Assembly: GCA_030603365.1 (NCBI GenBank)
Contig: JAUVXV010000002.1
Coordinates: 32,001-96,000 of the forward strand
DNA length: 64,000 bases
Source: Candidatus Heimdallarchaeota archaeon
Lineage (GTDB): Archaea > Asgardarchaeota > Heimdallarchaeia > Heimdallarchaeales > Heimdallarchaeaceae
Reading direction: 5' to 3'
Position 1 is the first letter of the stretch; every line of letters starts with the position of its first letter. Of this stretch, positions 29,462 to 39,329 are shown piece after piece. Made by a program: the position numbers and the translations under genes. The notes under the pieces are model-generated. The model saw nothing but the letters and a program-made list of their open reading frames with translations, was not told the origin of the DNA and did not search any database.

Positions 29462-30442
29462 TCATTTCTTTTTCATAAAATTCTTCTTGATGTTCGCATA
29501 AGGTTGATTGTTAAATGGACATACCTTTATGCAGACAGTGCAGGCATAATTATTACCAAAGTATGGAAAACACTTGTTATTATCTATATGAGTGACTCTA
29601 CCAGTTTCATGTTCTATAGGTGTTTCATAAATTGCTCCAGGGGGACATTCCTTAATGCACTTATTGCATTTCTCGCAATAATCTTTGATCCAGCCATGTT
29701 CATTACTTTCATTCAAAGGGAGGTTCTCAATATTTGTATAAACAGCAGTTAATCTTAATGTTGGACCATTTATAGGAGTTATTAGAATACCAGATTTGCC
29801 AAACCCTCCCAATCCTGCTTTTTCTGCAAGTCTAGGGTAAAGAGCAATCCCTCCTAGTGGATGAGAAGCATGAGAAGCAAATCCTTTTTTCCTTAGGTAT
29901 CTTGCAACTTTATTTGATGCAACACCTAGCTTATCATAAGTCTTCCAGATATTCTTGAGAGCTTTTTTACTTGGTGCTGTATTAATTTTCTCATTATTCA
30001 TATTCATTGCTAAAACAATAGCATTTTCAAATGCAACCGCTTTTGACTCGAAGATATAATCACGTGGTACTTTTGTATAACCTATACCGGATATTTTCAA
30101 CGACTTTGCATAGTCCTCTAGTTCTAGAAGCTCTTCTTCATTGATTTTCAACTTTGGCTCTTCTTCATTGTTCTTCAGATCTGTAATTGCCCGTTTACCA
30201 TTTTTAATACAAGATAGAATATGACGAATAGTCCTCAATTTCAATGGTACGTCAATTCCTTCTCTTCGTCCGAATTCTACAGGAATATCAAATCTTTCAG
30301 GAGATTTGTCTGAGTATTTATGTGAAGTTTCTTGTGAAGTTACTGAATCTTCTAATTCATAAACCTTCAAAACTCTAGGTACTCCAACTTTTCTGAAAAT
30401 ATGTTTTTTAATTTTGCCAACAACAGACATCTCGCTAGTCAT
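29462..30442 (-). CDS. QueG/reductive-dehalogenase-like 4Fe-4S dicluster protein
   Basis: AEKAGLGGFGKSGILI.P..GP..RL..VYT, CEKCNKCIKECP, C..CIKVCPF. Confidence 0.78.
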   Translation of the reverse strand: MTSEMSVVGKIKKHIFRKVGVPRVLKVYELEDSVTSQETSHKYSDKSPERFDIPVEFGRREGIDVPLKLRTIRHILSCIKNGKRAITDLKNNEEEPKLKINEEELLELEDYAKSLKISGIGYTKVPRDYIFESKAVAFENAIVLAMNMNNEKINTAPSKKALKNIWKTYDKLGVASNKVARYLRKKGFASHASHPLGGIALYPRLAEKAGLGGFGKSGILITPINGPTLRLTAVYTNIENLPLNESNEHGWIKDYCEKCNKCIKECPPGAIYETPIEHETGRVTHIDNNKCFPYFGNNYACTVCIKVCPFNNQPYANIKKNFMKKK

Positions 30443-30644
30443 CTACATTCAGCAAAAGACGTAATTATAATAATCTTTTGTCTCCTTGTCACTTGAAAAG
30501 ACCTTTGAATCAAAATCTGATTATTTAAAAATAAATGTAATTTGACTTTTAGAATTATACATTCAAATTCACAAACCGGTATTTTCAAAAAATTTATAAT
30601 ATACTGAATTAAAAAGAAAAAAGGTTAAGGGGTTTTTTCTACTC

Positions 30645-31463
30645 TCAAAATGTCTTCCCACAACTTGAGCAGAAAGCATCTTCTTTATTCACTTTTGCAC
30701 CACATTCTGGACAGAATTTTGATTGGTCAGGTTGATTTTGGACAGGTTGTTGTAATGCTGGATCAACCATTGAATCTATTGCTTTGTAAAGAAGGAACAT
30801 ACCAGCTGATAGTAGCCCTAAGTGAACTATAGAAAATATATTATCTACTAAAGTCATAGTTATAAAATCAGTGTTGTTTGAATAAGTTAGGATTATAATA
30901 ATTATTCTTTCAACTGCAAAAACAAGACCTGAACCAATTAGAATTGGAGTTACACCTTTAGTAATTATTCCTTCTCGTTTCATACTTCTCATAATTCTAA
31001 ATAAAAGAACAAAACTGGCTATATAGAATAACGAAGCAACTAAAATTATGAAATGTCCAGTTGTAAAATTATCCGCAGAATTGGTGCCTTGAGTACTTTG
31101 ACCAACCACTTCAATACAGGCTCCTACTAACATGAGAATTCCGGTGATTCGAGCAAGATTGGGATCTCCGGAAGAAATATCCTTAAGTTTGAAAAGACTT
31201 CCCCCCAACACAAAATAGGAACCTAATAAAAGTATGTAACCCATAAAAATGAATACTAGAAGTACAAAAAATGCTCCTGCACCGAAAAACACGAAATCAT
31301 AAGAGTCAGCTTCGTCAACAATCTCTAAGGCTAAAATTAGTATTGTATTAAGAAGATAAAGGAGAGACATTAATATTCCAATCATCGTAAAAATGATAGA
31401 AATCATTCCAACTCTTCGCTTTACACTTCTTATTGGATTAGGAGTAAACGCTGCTGCGCACAT
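30645..31463 (-). CDS. polytopic membrane protein with C-terminal zinc ribbon
   Basis: About 6 TMs, FCPECG...FCSSCG. Confidence 0.75.
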   Translation of the reverse strand: MCAAAFTPNPIRSVKRRVGMISIIFTMIGILMSLLYLLNTILILALEIVDEADSYDFVFFGAGAFFVLLVFIFMGYILLLGSYFVLGGSLFKLKDISSGDPNLARITGILMLVGACIEVVGQSTQGTNSADNFTTGHFIILVASLFYIASFVLLFRIMRSMKREGIITKGVTPILIGSGLVFAVERIIIIILTYSNNTDFITMTLVDNIFSIVHLGLLSAGMFLLYKAIDSMVDPALQQPVQNQPDQSKFCPECGAKVNKEDAFCSSCGKTF

Positions 31464-31636
31464 TACTTGATTAGGAGAATAAAATCTATATAAATTTAGC
31501 TCGAAAAAAACATGATTTTAAGATTAATATTGATTTGGCATTAGCAATGTTTAAAACTTCAACTAGTTACATTGGTTCACAATGGTGAAATACTTTCAAG
31601 ATAGAGCTTGATAGTTAATATAATGAGGATTAAAAA

Positions 31637-33349
31637 ATGAGTGTAACAGATGTAGTACAGGTTCAACCTGTAAAACTAACCCAAAAACTAGGGAGATATA
31701 CAAAAGGATTGATGACAAGTATTGGTATCATCTTGGTTTCAACAACTTTAGCTATAATTGGAATTCAAATAGATGTTGATATAATTATAACTGTTGGTTT
31801 TATAATCGTTGGATTAAGCAGTATTATTTTCTTAGTTTTCCTGGTACTCTTCCTAACTAGCATTAAAAGGCTGGGAAGAACAAATAGCGATTTTTATACT
31901 TCCGCAAACAAGATCTTTATTTCTTTCTTATATGGTCTAATATTCGCTGCAGCAGGTGGTGCTAATTCTTATACAGATGCAGAAGAATTGCTGTCACAAT
32001 ACGTTCTCTCAAGGGTATATGGTATGATTGCAATTACTTTCTTTGGTTTTGCATTTATTTCCATCAATAAACTGTTCAAAGAATTCAAAGAACACAAACT
32101 ATATCCAGCTGAAGAAAAGAGAGATAATATCGGTTTACCTATAATCATGGGATTCATCTTATTGGTAATTCTGGGTGATACAATACTAAGGAATTTTGTC
32201 CCGGAGATTATACTGAATTATGTAATCTTAGCAGCAATATTTGTATTAGTAGCAACTCTATGTTATTTCATGTTTATACTTGGAAATGATTGGCTCAAAA
32301 TAGATGATGATTTAAACAATCAGTATTTCAAGATGGGTGGAAAGACTTTCAATGATAGACTCAAAGCTAATATTCTTTACATTTCAACAATTTTCATTAT
32401 TACAACCCTTCTATCTTTGATCTATGTAGTATATTATTTCATCATCTACCTCACTGGAGCATATTCCTATGAAATTGTAGAATTGGTCTTTTCAGTAGGA
32501 ATTTTTGTAGGTGTGATGATCATATTCTTAGTAATCTACATTATACGCATATCATTAAACTTCAACAAAATGGCTCAACTTAACACAAAAACATCTAACT
32601 ATGGAATATTCACAGCTATTTCTTTGTCTTTCAGTCCATTTTTACTTATTGCAGGACTTTTCTCAAATGTAGAATTCTATATCGGTGATGAACTTTACTT
32701 AATCTCAAGGATATTATTACTTCTAGGAGTAGTATTATTTGCTTTAGGTTCATATTTCAGTAATATAATTTTGAAAAATCTTAAATTGAATAAAGAAGGC
32801 TTTGAACAGAGAAAGAAAGATCTAATTCTACCTATTTCAAGTTTAATTCTTTTTGTTCTTCTCTTAGTTGATACTATTGTTAGACTTGTTGTATGGAACT
32901 TTGTATACAAAGCTAATTCTATTGGTATGGAGGTTTACAATCGTGAGTTTCTTTGGTTTGGATATTTGATGGGGGCACTTTTCTTCTTGGCCATCATTCC
33001 AACAATTTATGGAATCATAACAACAAGCAGAGAGTTTCTCAGAGTAATTCCAGCCTATGGAAAAATCCCTTTGAGATTAAGAAAATCTAAGATGCAAGAG
33101 CAACTTCAATTATATCAAGTAGAGCCAGAACAAATTGCTGCAAAAGCTGAAATAGCTGCCAAACCTATAGCCGAAAAACCTGAAGCAATCCATTTCTGCA
33201 GTAGCTGTGGAAAAGAACTCCAAGATAGGTACAACTTCTGTGCATATTGTGGAGATAAAAAAGACACTATATTGAAAACCTGTAAGAATTGTGGAGAAGT
33301 GTTGGAGAAAGGCTTTGGTTTTTGTCCTATCTGTGGTACAAAGAAATAG
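31637..33349 (+). CDS. large polytopic membrane protein with tandem zinc ribbons
   Basis: About 12 TMs, four CxxC pairs at the C-terminus. Confidence 0.75.
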   Translation: MSVTDVVQVQPVKLTQKLGRYTKGLMTSIGIILVSTTLAIIGIQIDVDIIITVGFIIVGLSSIIFLVFLVLFLTSIKRLGRTNSDFYTSANKIFISFLYGLIFAAAGGANSYTDAEELLSQYVLSRVYGMIAITFFGFAFISINKLFKEFKEHKLYPAEEKRDNIGLPIIMGFILLVILGDTILRNFVPEIILNYVILAAIFVLVATLCYFMFILGNDWLKIDDDLNNQYFKMGGKTFNDRLKANILYISTIFIITTLLSLIYVVYYFIIYLTGAYSYEIVELVFSVGIFVGVMIIFLVIYIIRISLNFNKMAQLNTKTSNYGIFTAISLSFSPFLLIAGLFSNVEFYIGDELYLISRILLLLGVVLFALGSYFSNIILKNLKLNKEGFEQRKKDLILPISSLILFVLLLVDTIVRLVVWNFVYKANSIGMEVYNREFLWFGYLMGALFFLAIIPTIYGIITTSREFLRVIPAYGKIPLRLRKSKMQEQLQLYQVEPEQIAAKAEIAAKPIAEKPEAIHFCSSCGKELQDRYNFCAYCGDKKDTILKTCKNCGEVLEKGFGFCPICGTKK

Positions 33350-33358
33350 TTTTTCCAC

Positions 33359-33988
33359 TTATCTTTTTCTTTTTCTTCTTATTTTAATAACAACTATCTG
33401 AGAAATAATTAGACTAACAATTACTCCAAAGATAGAATATGATGTTTCAAATGGAGGTGTTAATGTAGAATAGAAATTATACACATAGAAGGTTTTAGTG
33501 ACAGGTCCCTCAATTTCAGGATACTGTTTGGAGTAGTACTCTCCTACTGTTATTGAATACTCTCCATCAGGAAGAACTTCACGTGTAGGATCATAAACAT
33601 CAACACCAACAAAGTCAGTCATATGTGTAATTCCTGGTACGAAAGTTGCTTCCATAAGTACCATGATATAGAAGAAAGTTGATTGAACAATAACCAATGA
33701 TTCATTAATTGGTTCAGATTCAATTGAAGATCTCCACTTATCACCATCCCAAAAAGTGATAGTTATATTTTCCGAGGAAGTATTATTTACTATTATATCA
33801 ATATTGAAGATAAATTGTACAAAGGAGCTTGTATTATCGTCCTTATACCAATTTACTGAAGCAATTTCCAACTTAAGAGCTCCATCCAATGTAGTTTTCT
33901 CTGTGGGTTGAGAAGCTATAGTAGGAGGACAACTACATAATAACAACAAAGAAAGAAGAGCGACTGTATTTCTAAGTTTGTTTTGCAT
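33359..33988 (-). CDS. secreted C-terminally anchored protein
   Basis: Signal peptide, LPDGEY motif, TM + RRKRKR. Confidence 0.65.
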   Translation of the reverse strand: MQNKLRNTVALLSLLLLCSCPPTIASQPTEKTTLDGALKLEIASVNWYKDDNTSSFVQFIFNIDIIVNNTSSENITITFWDGDKWRSSIESEPINESLVIVQSTFFYIMVLMEATFVPGITHMTDFVGVDVYDPTREVLPDGEYSITVGEYYSKQYPEIEGPVTKTFYVYNFYSTLTPPFETSYSIFGVIVSLIISQIVVIKIRRKRKR

Positions 33989-34101
33989 TTATTCCAATGT
34001 AAACTATGTGATTTGTTTATAAAAGTGTTTTTTCAATTGTTTTTGCATTAAAATGTAAAAGAAAATTCTTCAAAAACAAGAAGGTGTTCTTATTATATTG
34101 A

Positions 34102-34133
34102 GCCACTAACAAGAAGGTAACCTTAATGCAAGG
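34102..34133 (+). repeat. 32-bp direct repeat, left copy
   Basis: gccactaacaagaaggtaaccttaatgcaagg; 31/32 identical to 36722..36753. Confidence 0.9.
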
Positions 34134-34332
34134 ACAAAGGATATATCAAATCAAACGCAAAAATTTTTTTATAAAAATCTCAATAAAAGGTTAACCCTTT
34201 TTAACTGACAATAACATGGAAAGGGTGTATAACCGAGGTATTACTGATTGGCTTCCTTTCGAAGTATCAAAGACATCAATGAAAAGAGCAGTGGATAATG
34301 AAAACCTCGAAACGATGTTTGAAGGAATGAGT

Positions 34333-35409
34333 CTATAGATTATTCACATATTTTTTCATTACATAGGGGGATGTCATAGCTGAGAGTAACGCACCGTAAT
34401 TGAGGTTGAACTCCACTTCTTTTCCCACAGTTAAATCAATCTCCTTTGCATCAACTATGATATGGTCACTGCTCGTCCCAAGAATGTTAATCGCCGATCT
34501 GGGAGTTAGTCCGGAAACTAGAACATCCTGTAATCCAACTCCAAGTATAGCTCTTCTTATTTGTCCATAATCTTGAAATTTGGGAATATTTCCAAATGCG
34601 TCTTGACAAACCTCTCCATAAGGTACAGATGGCTTTATTTTCGATTCAATGGCCTCTGCAACCAGTGTAAATGCATCTGTGAATAACCCTGAGATGGGTT
34701 TTCTATAGAGGGTTTCACGCCCCAAATAGATCGATTCACCTAGTCTTAAGTTATTAATCCTTCCAACATCCTCTGTGGACATGAACCAGTTATAATTGGC
34801 TGAGTTCCCACCTGAAACAAACTCCAATGTCAGGCTGAACCCCTCTTCAACTTCTCTAGCGAGTGAGGACAAATATCTCATTTTCTCCTCGTCCGGTTTA
34901 ATTCCTCCAAAGCAGGCTAGATTTGTTCCTATGCCTGAAAGCTCAATCCCTTCCAGCTCTACTACCTCTCTTACGATATCCTCTAAATCCGAAGGCATTA
35001 ACCCCTCTCTTAGATCACCCAACTCTACCATTAAAATGATTTTATGTGTGTTATTGTTTTTCACAGCAAACCTTGAGAGGCTTTTGACTACTGATAACTC
35101 CGAATTAAGACTAATGTCAGCATACTTTACTACTGATTCAGCTTGGCTTGGGATGGGTGTTCTTAATAGGAAAAACTGTGCCTGTATACCTGCCTTACGC
35201 ATCCTCCTGATATTGGCTATCCTTGAATCGGCAAGAGTATTTATTCCATTTTTTATCAAAACATCAGCAATCTTGGGGTCTCCACAAACCACCTTTGTGA
35301 CGCCAATTACGGCGATGTTTTTTGAACTGTATAGTTCCTTCAACTTTTTGGCATTATGTGCAATTTTTGCAAGGTCTATCTCTATCCTGGGTGTTATCAT
35401 ACCCATCAC
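34333..35409 (-). CDS. alanine/ornithine racemase family PLP-dependent enzyme
   Basis: GVTKVVCG (PLP Lys), ADSRI, GDLREG, GTNLACFGG, SGGNS, LRLGE, SSDH. Confidence 0.9.
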   Translation of the reverse strand: MMGMITPRIEIDLAKIAHNAKKLKELYSSKNIAVIGVTKVVCGDPKIADVLIKNGINTLADSRIANIRRMRKAGIQAQFFLLRTPIPSQAESVVKYADISLNSELSVVKSLSRFAVKNNNTHKIILMVELGDLREGLMPSDLEDIVREVVELEGIELSGIGTNLACFGGIKPDEEKMRYLSSLAREVEEGFSLTLEFVSGGNSANYNWFMSTEDVGRINNLRLGESIYLGRETLYRKPISGLFTDAFTLVAEAIESKIKPSVPYGEVCQDAFGNIPKFQDYGQIRRAILGVGLQDVLVSGLTPRSAINILGTSSDHIIVDAKEIDLTVGKEVEFNLNYGALLSAMTSPYVMKKYVNNL

Positions 35410-35410
35410 T

Positions 35411-36418
35411 CTATCTTAGATCATACCTCTTTATAGCAGCCAGGACTATTTCATCAAGTAATTCTTTACTATTTTTTCCTTCTGTAACAGTCATAGATCC
35501 TATATAGCTATGAGGTTTTTCTACTGGCGTGCACATCAGACCTGCAAAAGTATTTCCTTCAAGCAGTAAGGGTCCGTCCTCTGTTAATATAATATCTATC
35601 CTTCCATAATCCATAAAACCTAATACTTTGTAAGCTTTAATTGCTAGCAATTGCATCTCTAATGTTTCTTCTTTTGTTAGTTTTGCAGGGCAGAAAAAAC
35701 GATCATTATCCATTTCTTTCTGCTCATATGTCAATGTGACTTCTCCTTCACCAAAAACTATCTCCAAAGGTGGGAGTGCCCTTATATCTTCATCATTACC
35801 TAAAATACCGAATGTTATTTCCCTTCCTTTCAAGAATCTCTCAATCAAGACTGGCTGTCCTATTGTCTCATATCTTTCTAGGACACCTTTTACTAGCTGA
35901 TCATAGTTTTCAACAACAGAGTCCTCATTTATTCCAGCACTACCTCTTCCTGCTACAGGTTTTATAAAAAGTGGATAATCAAAAGGTGGATTTCCCTTAA
36001 AGATCTGACAATCTGCTTCTGTTCTTGCTACACGGAAAGGTGATGTTGGCAAACCCGCATGCTGCCATATCTTTTTTGTAAGTGATTTGTCTGTTGCAAT
36101 TGCTATTGTGAAAGTATCAGAGCCAACATAAGGTATCTCAATCTCTTCTAATATTGCAGCTTCCACCATACTGGAAACGTTAAATACAAGGTCAACGTTT
36201 GCTTTTCTTAAATCATTAATAAAATCCGGACCCCAATCTATTGTACAAACGTCATATCCCGAATCAATCAAAGCTTGTCGGTGATGTGCGACCTCTTTGA
36301 ATGTTTCGTCAACAACCTTATTAGAAACTGAAAATTTTTCCTGTAATTCAAAATTACCCCTTTTTTTGTTCAGTAATCCTATGTTAAAACGTCTTATTTT
36401 TGTTGAATCCCCGCTCAA
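35411..36418 (-). CDS. D-Ala-D-Ala ligase-like ATP-grasp protein
   Basis: IPYVGS, DKSLTK, YPLFIKP..GRGSAGI, LIERFLKGREIT, GRID, LLEGNT. Confidence 0.85.
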   Translation of the reverse strand: MSGDSTKIRRFNIGLLNKKRGNFELQEKFSVSNKVVDETFKEVAHHRQALIDSGYDVCTIDWGPDFINDLRKANVDLVFNVSSMVEAAILEEIEIPYVGSDTFTIAIATDKSLTKKIWQHAGLPTSPFRVARTEADCQIFKGNPPFDYPLFIKPVAGRGSAGINEDSVVENYDQLVKGVLERYETIGQPVLIERFLKGREITFGILGNDEDIRALPPLEIVFGEGEVTLTYEQKEMDNDRFFCPAKLTKEETLEMQLLAIKAYKVLGFMDYGRIDIILTEDGPLLLEGNTFAGLMCTPVEKPHSYIGSMTVTEGKNSKELLDEIVLAAIKRYDLR

Positions 36419-36721
36419 TATGGGTCATCCTCTCTTTTGGAGATAGTGTTATTCATTATCATAAATATCATCGAAACAGAATATAAACAGCTTAACAAAC
36501 ATTTCTTCAAAAACATTTTATTAAACTAATAGTAAATATAAGTGTCTCAATAAAAAATTATGCATGTCAGATATAAGATTAAACATTATGACGAATCATA
36601 TATTGAAAAACAAGTAGAAATTGGCAATTATTTTGCTCAAAAAGGATCACTTATTGTCAATCCTCTGTTGAACAAGTAAAACAAGCGTAAAACACGGGTA
36701 GAACTTAGCTAACAACAAATT

Positions 36722-36753
36722 GCCACTAACAAGAAGATAACCTTAATGCAAGG
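36722..36753 (+). repeat. 32-bp direct repeat, right copy
   Basis: gccactaacaagaagataaccttaatgcaagg. Confidence 0.9.
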
Positions 36754-36872
36754 TGTCGAATATTTGACATTGATTCGGGATGTTTAGTACACATTATAGG
36801 TTTTTAAAAAAAGCTTGGGTGAAGGGAGAGATCTGAGCTCTTGCCTTCATTCTTTGTTATTCTTACATTAGT

Positions 36873-37823
36873 TCAGTTATTTCTTTTCTTCTTTGAGATT
36901 ATCCTTGGGAAGAATAAGATAACTAAGGGAAGAAATAGAGTCAGTAGAATTATATGAGAGTATTCAGCTACAACAGGTTCTCCAAGAGGATAAGGATCAA
37001 CAGTACCAGCAGAACCATCTATAAGATAAGGTCCTCCTGACCAGTCAGACCATTCATTACCTTCGTTTGTTTCAACATCATACCAAGTGTTATTTTCTCC
37101 ATTGTCTAGTGCTTGGGAATTACAGTGTGGAAGTTGTCCAGTGTCTGTGATAGTATTATGATGAATGATTGTATGCTTAACTTCTAAATTTTTTAGACTA
37201 ACGCCATAATTTGAATGACCTACTATAGAGTTATACGTAATATTATTAAATTCAGCAGTATTGTATGCTGTTACAAATTTACAGGTATTATTGGTAACTA
37301 AAGAATGGTTAGAACCTGCTAGGTGAACTCCATAATTCACTATATGATTATTTGAAATAACAGCGTTAGTGCTACTTGAAATTGTAATTTGCTCAATACA
37401 GGTATTATTTGTAATAAGTGCAGTTCCTGAAGCAACTTTATTAATATAAATAGTTATATCATCAGCTGTATCAATGAAACAATCGCGAATGATAAAAAAC
37501 TTAGATGTATTATAGATATAAATTCCTTCAGAATCAGTTGCGATTATCTCATAGTTTTCAATTATATATGGATCAGTTTTTATTCCTGTACCTGGAAAAC
37601 TATAAGTTATGAAGTCATCATCAGAATCAATATCTATTGGTGCATGAGGTGTATAATCAAAAGAATAAAGAATTTCTAGTTTATCCTCAAATAGCATGTT
37701 TGTTTTGTTGACATTGCAGGGTACTGTAACAGTCTCAATCTCCAAACACAATGAAAAAAGAATAAGCAAAACTACAACTATTCCCACTAATATTTTATTT
37801 GATAAAACTATTCTCTTTTTCAT
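36873..37823 (-). CDS. secreted right-handed beta-helix (NosD/CASH-like) protein, VAEY-TM-basic anchor
   Basis: TPHAPI.I..DDDF...GTG...DPYIIENY N-cap; WYD..TNEGN.WSDW...DPYPL C-cap. Confidence 0.85.
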   Translation of the reverse strand: MKKRIVLSNKILVGIVVVLLILFSLCLEIETVTVPCNVNKTNMLFEDKLEILYSFDYTPHAPIDIDSDDDFITYSFPGTGIKTDPYIIENYEIIATDSEGIYIYNTSKFFIIRDCFIDTADDITIYINKVASGTALITNNTCIEQITISSSTNAVISNNHIVNYGVHLAGSNHSLVTNNTCKFVTAYNTAEFNNITYNSIVGHSNYGVSLKNLEVKHTIIHHNTITDTGQLPHCNSQALDNGENNTWYDVETNEGNEWSDWSGGPYLIDGSAGTVDPYPLGEPVVAEYSHIILLTLFLPLVILFFPRIISKKKRNN

Positions 37824-37892
37824 TTTCTTACCTTAATTACTATGAAATACATTTTGTTACCTAGTCACCTAAGACAAGGTTACAACAACTCA

Positions 37893-39248
37893 TCATTGTG
37901 TGATTCTGTTTCGAGTTCGTTTTCTGGTTATTTTCCTTGTGATTAACAAAGGAACAACTATCATTAGAAGCGTAAGAGTGAAGTTGAATATACTTTCATC
38001 TGTTGTAGGTTCACCATCAAGAGGATAGAGATCTTTTGATTCTGTAATACCATCAAGAGAATAAGAACCTGTCCCTGACCAATCTGACCACCAATTACCT
38101 TCATTTGTGTTTGAATCATACCAGATATTTCCTTCTCCATCATCATTTCCTTGGGAAGTTCCTTCTAGATTGTTGTCAACAAAAGTATTGTGATGAATGG
38201 TGTTGCTATCAGACGCAGATCCTATGTAGATTCCATGTCGATCATTTTCTTGCAAGAGATTGTAGGTAAGAAGACAAGAAGAAGAACTAGATAAATCGAT
38301 ACCAATATCATTGTTAGAACAAGTATTATTAGTAAGAGTAGAACCAGAAGATTCTTCCAGAAGGATACCTTCATTGTTGTTGTTGGAACAAGTATTATTG
38401 GTAAGAGTAGAACCAGAAGAAAACTGCAGAAACATACCATCACTGTAGTTGTTAGAACAAGTATTATTAGTAAGAGTAGAACCAGAAGACCACCATAGTA
38501 CGATACCAAAAGCAGATTCGGTATCATACTCGTTATTGTTACATGTGTTACTGGTAAGAGTAGAACCTGAAGAATACCACAACCAGATGCCATCATTATT
38601 GTTGTTACAAGTGTTATCTGTTAGAGTTGCACCAGAAGATTCATACAGATCGATACCATTTTCTAAGTTATTGTTACAAATGTTATCAGCAAGAGTAGAA
38701 TTAGGTGAATATTGTAGACCGATACCATAATCATTGTTGGAGCAAGTGTTACTGGTAAGAGTAGCATTGGAAGATTCCTCTAGGAGGATTCCCCAATTAT
38801 TGCCGAAACTACAATTGTTATCTATTATTGAAACGGTTCCATTAGCAACTTTGTAAATGATAATTCCATTGAAAACTGCAGATATATAGCAGTTGCGAAT
38901 AACAAAGTATTTTGTTGTATCTGTGATGAAGATTCCTGTACCATCAGTAGTTGTAATGTTGTATCCTTCAATGATAAAAGGATCAGTTTCCGTGCCTGAA
39001 CCCAGAAAACCATAATCAGTAAAATTATCATCAGAGATTATTTCTATTGCTGCATGAGGTGTTAAGGCTAGAATAGAAGGATTTTTGGTTCGGTAGTCAT
39101 TGATTGATGATTTAATAATTGTTGTATTCCAACTTAAGGAGAAAAGAATTAGTGTAGAAATGATTATCCCTACAATCGTTCTTTTTGAGATTAAAGCTAT
39201 TTTTTTCATTTTCTTTACCTCAATTACTGTAATATTTAGTATACCCAT
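37893..39248 (-). CDS. secreted right-handed beta-helix (NosD-like) protein (likely start 39209)
   Basis: Many GI.L..SSGSTLTNNTCSNN repeats; same caps as its neighbour; GAGGT SD before ATG 39209. Confidence 0.88.
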   Translation of the reverse strand: MGILNITVIEVKKMKKIALISKRTIVGIIISTLILFSLSWNTTIIKSSINDYRTKNPSILALTPHAAIEIISDDNFTDYGFLGSGTETDPFIIEGYNITTTDGTGIFITDTTKYFVIRNCYISAVFNGIIIYKVANGTVSIIDNNCSFGNNWGILLEESSNATLTSNTCSNNDYGIGLQYSPNSTLADNICNNNLENGIDLYESSGATLTDNTCNNNNDGIWLWYSSGSTLTSNTCNNNEYDTESAFGIVLWWSSGSTLTNNTCSNNYSDGMFLQFSSGSTLTNNTCSNNNNEGILLEESSGSTLTNNTCSNNDIGIDLSSSSSCLLTYNLLQENDRHGIYIGSASDSNTIHHNTFVDNNLEGTSQGNDDGEGNIWYDSNTNEGNWWSDWSGTGSYSLDGITESKDLYPLDGEPTTDESIFNFTLTLLMIVVPLLITRKITRKRTRNRITQ

Positions 39249-39329
39249 TTATTTGTAATAAACTTTGTTTAATATTGAAAGAATAGTTTAGCAATTTCAT
39301 TATGAATCTAGAACTGAAGAGAATATTGA

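Noticed and set aside
34102-34200. Complete integron attC site
   Set aside because: No complementary GTT-containing arm is found downstream of either repeat copy and there is no integrase in the window; kept only as a direct repeat
34796-35419. 207-aa + strand ORF
   Set aside because: Antisense shadow of the racemase; Ser-rich with no motifs
36564-36679. Possible frameshifted 5' fragment of a gene (MSDI...HYDESYIEKQVEIGNYF)
   Set aside because: Looks protein-like, but I cannot support a family assignment without a search
38280-38770. Tandem ~66-bp repeats and shadow ORFs (37964, 38222, 38449, 38825)
   Set aside because: Explained by beta-helix coil repeats of the 37893..39248 gene
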